Shown here piece by piece: positions 10,039-17,435 of a stretch of 64,000 bases of DNA. Where the stretch lies: positions 192,001 to 256,000 of the forward strand of contig JBGPQV010000001.1 of NCBI GenBank assembly GCA_041489255.1. The letters run 5' to 3'. Origin of the DNA: Thermoplasmata archaeon. GTDB taxonomy: Archaea > Thermoplasmatota > Thermoplasmata > RBG-16-68-12 > JAFNFQ01. Numbering within the stretch: the first letter of the stretch is position 1; each line of letters starts with the position of its first letter. A program made the translations under genes and the position numbers. The notes under the pieces are model-generated. The model had not been told where the DNA came from. It worked only from the letters and a program-made list of their open reading frames with translations, and made no database searches.

Positions 10039-10196
10039 GGTGGCACTTGCGCTCTGGAGTGCGCTCAAGTCCACAGTGAGTTATTCCGAACCGACATTTG
10101 ATAGGCTAGCACAGGTTTTCACCCCAACCGGTGTGGCATGGACGATTCTGTCAACGGGCTGCGCAGTAGCTAGGTTCTCGGAACACAACTAGTGGG

Positions 10197-10748
10197 TTGG
10201 TCATGAGTCAAATGGAGGAATCCCAATTGATGTACAAAGAAACGGTGTCAATCCCGATTCCAGGTTCCAACCTCCGGAGTCTAGGGAGTATAGTTAAATT
10301 CAGAATCCTCACTTGGGCAATCGTGATATTCTTGGCCTTTGGCTGGTCTCTCATCCTCTTCTGGATCTTGCTGGCAAGTGAAGCAAAGCTCGTGGTCTCA
10401 ATTCTAGTCGCTCTTGGTCTAATGGTGCTTGTGCATTCTGATATGGAGTCGCGTGAGTGGTGCTATTCCGCGATACCGATAGTCCTATACGACAAGGGCA
10501 TAGCTATGCCGGTTTTGGCTCTCGAAAGGATTCTTCTCCATAAGCCTTCGTTCGTGCCGACGGACGAGATTCAAGCCGTGAGGATTGTCGAGCGGGGCAA
10601 GGAAACGGACCGCAACCGTGTCCTCCTAGAGATGGTCATCGAGACGAAAGATGGAAGACGATATAGGTCAAGAAGCAAGCTAGAGTCTGAGGTTCGAAGA
10701 ATCGAGGAGGTCATCAGGGAAAAATGGCCTAGGGTCTTGATCGGCTAG
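10197..10748 (+). CDS. Hypothetical 2-TM membrane protein inserted within the PCD gene
   Basis: 183-aa ORF with two hydrophobic helices and a soluble C-domain; visibly more AT-rich than flanking genes. Confidence 0.6.
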   Translation: MVMSQMEESQLMYKETVSIPIPGSNLRSLGSIVKFRILTWAIVIFLAFGWSLILFWILLASEAKLVVSILVALGLMVLVHSDMESREWCYSAIPIVLYDKGIAMPVLALERILLHKPSFVPTDEIQAVRIVERGKETDRNRVLLEMVIETKDGRRYRSRSKLESEVRRIEEVIREKWPRVLIG

Positions 10749-10916
10749 GGACTCACTTCCAGTGGCTGGGAGAACTCCCTTTACATCAACCCGCTCGATG
10801 GCGTCACCCGCCGCCCCTCCTTTACGGGAAATCAGAACGTGGCCTCGTGCCAAGCGACGATTAACGGCTCTCAAGTTGAGTGAGTAGCCTCGAGGTGACG
10901 TTTTGGCGGTTCTCGC

Positions 10917-11039
10917 TTCCATGATCCGAACCTCACGAACGTCTGGGCGACAGTCACGATACGCTACACGACCCACGATGCTGGCGGTCTCACCAAGAAG
11001 GACTTCGAGATGGCCGTCAATATCAACAGGATTGCCTAG
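10917..11039 (+). pseudogene. Pterin-4a-carbinolamine dehydratase, 3' fragment
   Basis: Hand translation FHDPNLTNVWATVTIRYTTHDAGGLTKKDFEMAVNINRIA* contains the THDAGGLT-x-D hallmark. Confidence 0.8.
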
Positions 11040-12031
11040 GGACGGAGATACCTCTCGCCCATCTTCGAGAATGAACCGCGACCCGGGATGGTCTCTCGCT
11101 CCGAATCCCGCACGAACACGCCGTAGTAAGGAACGCGCTCTGCCGCCACCCGCCTGAAGGCCTCCCTGACCCCATCGTCGTCCAGCCCGCGCAGCTGGAC
11201 GAGATTGTCGTTCCTGTTGAGGCAACCTTTCAGCCGCGCGTCGTGAGTGAGGCGGATGCGGTGGCAGTTCGCGCAGAACTCGGGGTTCCTCACGGGGTCC
11301 ACGACCTCGACCTCAGCGCCGTTCAGGTGGTAGATCCTGCGGTGGTGCATCTCCCTCGTGATCACGCTGTCCGCTCTCTTTTCGAGCCACTCTTTCAACT
11401 CGTCCATGTCCGCGGACCACTCCTCGTGGCGGACGAGCTCTGGCATGAACTGGATCAGCTGCAGCTTCAGTCCCTTCGTCCCGCCAACGTAGTCGATCAT
11501 GGCGGGGATGTACTCCATCGTCTGTTTCATCACGACGAGGTTGAGCTTCACGGGTTTCAGCCCCGCCTCCAAGGCGGCCCTCACTCCCGCCAAGACCGGC
11601 TGGAGGCTCCCGTGCCTGATGTCTTTGAAGGCATCAGGATTGAGAGAATCGAGGCTGACGTTGATCCTCTTCAGTCCCGCCAAGCGCAAGGCGTTGGCCC
11701 GTCCCGCCAGCGCGGAACCATTCGTCGTGAGAGAAACATCCGATACATGCTGGACGCACCTATCAACAATCTCCTCTAAGTCTCTCCTCACCAGCGGCTC
11801 GCCGCCGGTGAGCTTGACGCTCCCTATTCCCAGCTCTCTCGCGATTCTGACATACCGCCCAATTTCGTCGGGGCTCATCTCGCCGTTCTTCCGGTCGGGG
11901 AGTAGTGGCGGGTGACCGAGGCCCTCGTTGTGGCAGTAGATACAGGAGAAGTTGCAGCGGCTCGTGACGGAGATTCGGAGGTCCGTCACCACCCGCCCAA
12001 ATGAGTCGACCAACATGCGCTGGCTGTCCAT
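11036..12031 (-). CDS. moaA: GTP 3',8-cyclase MoaA (radical SAM)
   Basis: DSFGR..LRISVTSRCNFSCIYCHNEG, TGGEPL and FCANCHRIRLT..LKGCL motifs; start set at ATG 12031. Confidence 0.93.
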   Translation of the reverse strand: MDSQRMLVDSFGRVVTDLRISVTSRCNFSCIYCHNEGLGHPPLLPDRKNGEMSPDEIGRYVRIARELGIGSVKLTGGEPLVRRDLEEIVDRCVQHVSDVSLTTNGSALAGRANALRLAGLKRINVSLDSLNPDAFKDIRHGSLQPVLAGVRAALEAGLKPVKLNLVVMKQTMEYIPAMIDYVGGTKGLKLQLIQFMPELVRHEEWSADMDELKEWLEKRADSVITREMHHRRIYHLNGAEVEVVDPVRNPEFCANCHRIRLTHDARLKGCLNRNDNLVQLRGLDDDGVREAFRRVAAERVPYYGVFVRDSERETIPGRGSFSKMGERYLRP

Positions 12032-12236
12032 GGCGGTGCCCGCTAAATAGTTGACGAACGAATCTTCATGGTGAAGAGAAGGGCTTGAAAGCCGCTCGAG
12101 TAGAGGAGACGGCGACGGGCAAGAATGTCGTCCCGCTGCCCTCTCCAAATGCAGGTTTATCGAGGAAACCCGGGACAGCGCGAAGGGATTGATTGCAGCG
12201 CCAGCGCAGTCTGCCACGGCAACGAGATGCGACGAG

Positions 12237-12473
12237 TCAGCCGCCGGAATTCCTTCCCCTTTGGGCTCGACGCTTTGATTCGACTGCACTTCCTCCGCCA
12301 GATATGATTCCAATAATGTCATCCACGTTCCCTTTCCCGCGTGGTCTGACAACTATCTTGTCATCTTCAATCGACCATTCTAGGACATCCCCTTCAAGAA
12401 TCCGCAGGGGTTTGCGGATCTCTTTGGGAACGATAGTGAGATGGCCTTTGGAAACCTTCGTTCTGCTAAGCAT
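12237..12473 (-). CDS. AbrB/MazE/SpoVT-family DNA-binding protein (antitoxin-like)
   Basis: TKVSKGHLTIVPKEIRKPLRILEGDVLEWSIEDDKIVVRP swapped-hairpin pattern. Confidence 0.8.
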   Translation of the reverse strand: MLSRTKVSKGHLTIVPKEIRKPLRILEGDVLEWSIEDDKIVVRPRGKGNVDDIIGIISGGGSAVESKRRAQRGRNSGG

Positions 12474-12764
12474 GCCAGAATCCGTATGGAGTCCGAGATG
12501 TTTAGTCATTGGCCTCGGGCTCGTCAAGACACACCGGGATTGACTCGTACATCCGCGGAACTGCTGCTCTCGATGCTTTGGGTCTTGATTACCAATGACA
12601 GCCGCCAATGGGTCACTCACACAAAACCAGCCGGTGCTCTTCCACCATACCTTAATGTACTAGTGCCGTCTATCAAACCGATAGCGCGAAGACTTTTCGG
12701 CTAAGGCGCAGGGTGTTTAACCCCTCAAAGCGTTGGCGAAGGACTTGCGTGCGAAAGTGAGAAC

Positions 12765-13283
12765 ATGGAAAAGGTATTCACGAAAGTGAAAGACTTGTCC
12801 CCGTCCACCAAGCAGGTGAACGTGAAGGCCAAGATTGTGAGCGTAGGCGAGAAGAGACAGATAGAGTCCAGATTCGGGGGCGCGAGGTCCCTGGCAGAGG
12901 CGGTCATCGGCGACGAGACCGCAACCGTCATCCTCTCGCTCTGGGAGGACCAGATAAACGCCGTTGGGGAGAACGACACCATCATGATCGACAACGGGTT
13001 CACGTCGTTGGTGAGGGGTCACCTCCGCCTGAACGTCGGGAAGTACGGCTCGCTTACAAAGAGCGAAGAGCAGATGCCCGAGGTCAACACGAAGGTTGAC
13101 ATCTCGGCAATCGAGCACGAGCGCGAGCCCCGCTACAGCAGCATGGGCGGCGGTGGCGGCGGCGGCGGGTACGGCGGCGGCGGACGAAGTGGCGGAAGTG
13201 GCGGCGGCGGATACCGCGGTGGCGGCCGAGGAGGCTATGGCGACCGTGGCGGCGACCGCGACAGAGGCAGAAGGCGCTTCTAG
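12765..13283 (+). CDS. Single-OB-fold ssDNA-binding protein (SSB/RPA-like) with Gly/Arg-rich tail
   Basis: KVKDL..VNVKAKIV, AVIGDETA..LSLW and LNVGKYGS motifs; C-terminal GGRGG repeats. Confidence 0.85.
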   Translation: MEKVFTKVKDLSPSTKQVNVKAKIVSVGEKRQIESRFGGARSLAEAVIGDETATVILSLWEDQINAVGENDTIMIDNGFTSLVRGHLRLNVGKYGSLTKSEEQMPEVNTKVDISAIEHEREPRYSSMGGGGGGGGYGGGGRSGGSGGGGYRGGGRGGYGDRGGDRDRGRRRF

Positions 13284-13306
13284 ACCTGCTCAGCTAGTGC
13301 AATCAA

Positions 13307-13332
13307 GGGGAAGGGCGCTCAAGCCGTTCCCC
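13307..13332. terminator. Hairpin between convergent genes
   Basis: GGGGAAGGGC-gctcaa-GCCGTTCCCC, with 9 of 10 stem pairs. Confidence 0.35.
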
Positions 13333-13334
13333 AC

Positions 13335-14255
13335 CTAACTTCTTTTCATTTCTTTTCGGGCGAGCTGCAGCTTTGGCGAATACCTGCCGGGGGGATTCAG
13401 GTGGAAATATCCTCTGATGAACCGCTGCCCGACCCTCGTCGGGACCAGGGAGCCCGCCAAGGAAAGCAGCCTATCTCTCGCTCTGACGGAGTACCGCGAC
13501 TTCGGGTTCTTCGCCCTGACCGCTCTCATGATGACCTTCGCGACGCGTTCTGCCGGCGCGCCGATCGGGCCATCGTTCTCGTACATCGTCCTGATGCTCG
13601 CATACGCGTTCGCGTAAGGGCCGTCGTTCCTGCGGATTATGTGCCCGCTAGCCTTGATTGCGTTCTCGGAGAACTTCGTGTTGACCGGGCCGGGCTCGAT
13701 GATGACCACGCGGATCCCGAACTGGTGCACCTCGGCTCGCATCGCGAGGCTCAGGGCCTCCACGCTGAACTTCGTCGAGCAGTACGCGCCCATCAGAGGC
13801 GCTGGAACTCGGCCTGCGACCGAACTGATGTTGACGATCGTTCCGCCGCCGCTCCGGCGCATCAAGGGCAGCGCGGCCTTCGACACATCGACCAGACCGA
13901 AGACATTCACGTCGAACTGCCGCCTCAGGTCTTCCGAGGGAATCTCCTCGATTGCGCCGAAGAGCGCATAGCCGGCGTTGTTGACGAGGACGTCAAGGCG
14001 CCCCGCCCCCGTCCCTATTTCGGAGATGACAGCGTCTATCTCTCCCTGTTTCGACACATCGAGGGGCCGTGCCTGCAGGAAGAGCCCTGATTCTAAGGCT
14101 CTCTTCCTCAGGGACTCAAGGTGTTCGACGTTCCTGGCGGTGGCGCAAACGCGATAACCCGCTTTGGCGAGCGCCCACGCGGTCGCCTCGCCTATCCCGC
14201 TTGAACAGCCTGTCACGAGAGCTACTTTCGTGCCTGCATTCATTTTCTCACGCAA
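13335..14255 (-). CDS. Short-chain dehydrogenase/reductase
   Basis: TGCSSGIG, NNAG and YCSTK motifs. Confidence 0.92.
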   Translation of the reverse strand: MREKMNAGTKVALVTGCSSGIGEATAWALAKAGYRVCATARNVEHLESLRKRALESGLFLQARPLDVSKQGEIDAVISEIGTGAGRLDVLVNNAGYALFGAIEEIPSEDLRRQFDVNVFGLVDVSKAALPLMRRSGGGTIVNISSVAGRVPAPLMGAYCSTKFSVEALSLAMRAEVHQFGIRVVIIEPGPVNTKFSENAIKASGHIIRRNDGPYANAYASIRTMYENDGPIGAPAERVAKVIMRAVRAKNPKSRYSVRARDRLLSLAGSLVPTRVGQRFIRGYFHLNPPGRYSPKLQLARKEMKRS

Positions 14256-14494
14256 CTTCTACAAACGTCTCACGTTCTGTAAGAACATTCTCGTTTCCGA
14301 TGAAGGATTTGAGAATCATCGCGCCAAATGAGCCGCGCTACTTGTGAGCATAGGACACGACAAACATAACCAGTGCACATCGGCACTAGTTCTTCGACTA
14401 TCAGCATTATACATATAGAAGCCTTTTGACGAAAGATATATCGGTAATATTCTGATAGCCGAGTTCCGCTTACAGTTCTACACGACGAGAAGGA

Positions 14495-14803
14495 ATGTTG
14501 ATGGTGCTCGAGAAGGCGCTTCCGGAGCAATCGCAGGCGAGGTACTGGAGGAAGCCTCTCGACATCGATGCGCAGAAGATTCCGAGGGGCAAGGTGCACA
14601 TAATCGACGTGAGGTGCAAGGAATGCGGCTTTTGCATCGAGTTCTGCCCCAAGGACGTGCTCGAGAAGTCCGACAAGTTCAACAAGAAGGGCTACAACAT
14701 CGTCAGAGTCGTCAAGGGGCGCGAGGACATGTGCGTCGCGTGCAAGCACTGCGAGGACATTTGCCCCGAGTTCGCATTATGGATTGAGGAGGTGAAAGTC
14801 TGA
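14495..14803 (+). CDS. korD: 2-oxoacid:ferredoxin oxidoreductase delta subunit (2x[4Fe-4S] ferredoxin)
   Basis: CKECGFCIEFCP and CVACKHCEDICP; first gene of the operon. Confidence 0.8.
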   Translation: MLMVLEKALPEQSQARYWRKPLDIDAQKIPRGKVHIIDVRCKECGFCIEFCPKDVLEKSDKFNKKGYNIVRVVKGREDMCVACKHCEDICPEFALWIEEVKV

Positions 14804-15948
14804 GAGGTGCAGTTCTGACCGGTGCTCACTTCATGAACGGCGACGTCGCAGCCGCCGAAGGTGCGATCGCCGCCGGATGCCGATTCTTTGCAGGATATCC
14901 GATTACTCCCGCAACCGAAGTCACGGAGAGGATGGCAGAGAGGTTGCCCGAGGTCAACGGGCGCTATATCCAGATGGAGGACGAGATTGGTTCCATGGCC
15001 GCAATCCTCGGAGCGAGCGCGGCAGGCATGAAGGCGATGACGTCCACGTCGGGTCCAGGCTTCAGCTTGATGATGGAGAATATCGGGCTTGGTGCGATGA
15101 TGGAGATTCCCTGCGTCGTGATCGATGTGCAGCGGGGCGGACCGAGCACGGGTCTCCCGACGCTCGTCGCCCAGCAGGACATGATGCAGGCCAGATGGGG
15201 GAGTCACGGCGACTACGCCCTCGTGGCCTACTGCCCGAACTCGCCGCAGGAGATGTTCAACCTCGCGATACAGGCCTTCAACACGGCGGAAAAGTATCGC
15301 ATACCCACCCTCGTCATGGCTGACGAGTCGATCGGCCACATGACCGAGAAGGTCATGATTCCAGAGCAGGGGGCGATCCATCTCGTCGGAAGGAAGAAGC
15401 CCACGGTCCCGCCGGAGCAGTATGTCCCGTTCAGACCGGATGCGGACCTGATCCCGCCGATGGCCTTGGCGGGTGAAGGATACTCCGTGCGCATGACAGG
15501 TCTGACTCACGATGAGTACGGTCGACCGGCAATCAATCTCGATGCGCAGACGCAACTGGTCCCCCGGCTAGCGGAGAAAATCCACAAGCACGCATCGGAA
15601 ATAATCAAGTACGAAGAATTGCACATGGACGACGCGGACGTGGTCGTCGTCGCCTATGGGATTACGAGTCGCTGCGTGAGGCGGTCCGTCGAGCTCGCAA
15701 GGAAGGACGGGGTCAAGGCTGGGCTGTTCCGTCTCATCACCGCTTGGCCATTCCCTGAAAAGAAGGTCAAGGAGCTCGCGTCCCAGGTCAAAGCATTCGT
15801 GGTCCCCGAGATCAACCTCGGGCAGATGGTCCTTGAGGTGGAGAGGGCAGTGGCGGGCCGCGTACCGGTCAGAAGCGTCACCTACCATGGCGGGGGAATG
15901 CCGAGTCCGGAGCTGACTTACGATACAGTCATGGAGGTTGCCAAGTGA
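14800..15948 (+). CDS. korA: 2-oxoacid:ferredoxin oxidoreductase alpha subunit
   Basis: FAGYPITPATE, QMEDE, TSGPG and QRGGPSTG motifs; start is probably CTG 14800 (first ATG is 14833). Confidence 0.9.
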   Translation: MRGAVLTGAHFMNGDVAAAEGAIAAGCRFFAGYPITPATEVTERMAERLPEVNGRYIQMEDEIGSMAAILGASAAGMKAMTSTSGPGFSLMMENIGLGAMMEIPCVVIDVQRGGPSTGLPTLVAQQDMMQARWGSHGDYALVAYCPNSPQEMFNLAIQAFNTAEKYRIPTLVMADESIGHMTEKVMIPEQGAIHLVGRKKPTVPPEQYVPFRPDADLIPPMALAGEGYSVRMTGLTHDEYGRPAINLDAQTQLVPRLAEKIHKHASEIIKYEELHMDDADVVVVAYGITSRCVRRSVELARKDGVKAGLFRLITAWPFPEKKVKELASQVKAFVVPEINLGQMVLEVERAVAGRVPVRSVTYHGGGMPSPELTYDTVMEVAK

Positions 15949-16868
15949 GCGCGCCTTTCGTCGACAAGTTGGAGGGGCTGGAGGACTTGCATCCGGCAGA
16001 CAAGTGGCTCCGAACGGACATGCTCCCTCACATCTGGTGTCCCGGCTGTGGCCTAGGCATAGTCCTCAACGCATACATCAAGGCGGTTGAGAAAGCGCAG
16101 ATTCCGAGGGAGAAGCGGGTCGTGGTCTCTGGGATCGGCTGTAGCGGACGCGCGGCGGGCTATTTGAACCAGGACTCCTACCACACCACCCATGGTCGTT
16201 CAATCGCTTTCGCGACAGGCATCAAGATTGCCCGGCCGGATCTCAATGTCGCCGTCATCAGCGGCGATGGCGACCTGTTCGCGATTGGCGGGAACCATTT
16301 CATCCATGCGGCGCGGAGGAATATGGACCTCAAAGTGATATGCGTCAACAACTTCAACTATGGGATGACGGGAGGCCAGGGCGGCCCGACGACACCCATC
16401 GGGGCGAAGACAACGACCACACCTTACGGGGGCTTCGAGCACCCGTTCAACCTCCCGTGGCTGGCGGCCACGTGCGGCGCGGTTTACGTTGCGAGATGGA
16501 CCACGCTCGACAGCAGGAGACTGCGCGATTCGATTGCCGAGGCGCTCACGAAGAAGGGGTTTGCCTTCGTGGAAGTCATCTCCCCATGTCCGATCGGCTT
16601 CGGCAGGCCCAACAAGATAGGCAGCGGCCTCGACGAGATGAAGATGTACATGGACAAGTGGGACCTCAAGCCGCCGAACTGGATCATCCAGGAAGGCTCG
16701 AACCCGAGGGAAGCGGACATCACCCTGGGGAAACCCATCGTGGTCGGCAAGTTCGTCGACATCGACAGGCCGACCTTCCTCGACCTCTACTGGAAGATAC
16801 TGCCTCACAAGGAGGAGACGCCTCTGAACGATGTCGAGAAGAAGCAGGTTGCGGGGGCGAAGGCATGA
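15945..16868 (+). CDS. korB: 2-oxoacid:ferredoxin oxidoreductase beta subunit (TPP-binding)
   Basis: WCPGCG, SGIGCS and GDGD...NN..YGMTGGQ motifs. Confidence 0.92.
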   Translation: MSAPFVDKLEGLEDLHPADKWLRTDMLPHIWCPGCGLGIVLNAYIKAVEKAQIPREKRVVVSGIGCSGRAAGYLNQDSYHTTHGRSIAFATGIKIARPDLNVAVISGDGDLFAIGGNHFIHAARRNMDLKVICVNNFNYGMTGGQGGPTTPIGAKTTTTPYGGFEHPFNLPWLAATCGAVYVARWTTLDSRRLRDSIAEALTKKGFAFVEVISPCPIGFGRPNKIGSGLDEMKMYMDKWDLKPPNWIIQEGSNPREADITLGKPIVVGKFVDIDRPTFLDLYWKILPHKEETPLNDVEKKQVAGAKA

Positions 16869-17416
16869 GGAAGGAGATCAGGTTCACGGGTTTCGGAGGG
16901 CAGGGGATCATTCTCAGCGGCTTCATCTATGGGAAGGCGGCGGCGATCTTTGGCGGGAAGAACGCGACCATGACCCAGAGTTACGGGCCGGAGGCGCGCG
17001 GCGGCGCATGCAGCTCGGACGTGGTCATAGAGGACGGACCCGTCTCGTTCCCCGAGGTCACCGCCCCGGAGATCATGGTCGTCATGTCGCGAGACGCCTA
17101 CAACACTCACAAGAAGCACATCAGGAAAGGGGTCAGGGTGTTCTACGACCAGGACCTCGTCCAGGTGGAGGAAGGCCTTGGTGCGGAATTCATCCCCATT
17201 CCTTCCTTGAAAATCGCGGAGGGCCTCGGCAAGAAGATAGTTGCCAACATCGTCATGCTCGGGGCGCTTGCGGCGGGGAGCGACATAGTCCCCAAGGACG
17301 CGGTGAAGCAGGCGATACTGAGCACGGTCCCGCCGGCCACGAAGGAGCTTAACGAGAAGGCGTTCGAGGCGGGCTACGCCCAGGCGAAGCAGGTTCTGGA
17401 GAAAATCAAGGCATGA
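16865..17416 (+). CDS. korC: 2-oxoacid:ferredoxin oxidoreductase gamma subunit
   Basis: GFGGQG and QSYGPEARGG motifs; ATGA overlap with the beta-subunit stop. Confidence 0.9.
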   Translation: MRKEIRFTGFGGQGIILSGFIYGKAAAIFGGKNATMTQSYGPEARGGACSSDVVIEDGPVSFPEVTAPEIMVVMSRDAYNTHKKHIRKGVRVFYDQDLVQVEEGLGAEFIPIPSLKIAEGLGKKIVANIVMLGALAAGSDIVPKDAVKQAILSTVPPATKELNEKAFEAGYAQAKQVLEKIKA

Positions 17417-17435
17417 GCCGGCTCACGGTCAATCC

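Noticed and set aside
10757-10766. TTCCAGTGG as a second ORB
   Set aside because: Only a partial match, isolated, and inside the inserted segment
12032-12352. 107-aa N-terminal extension of MoaA
   Set aside because: Overlaps the AbrB gene; MoaA similarity starts at MDSQRMLVDSFGR
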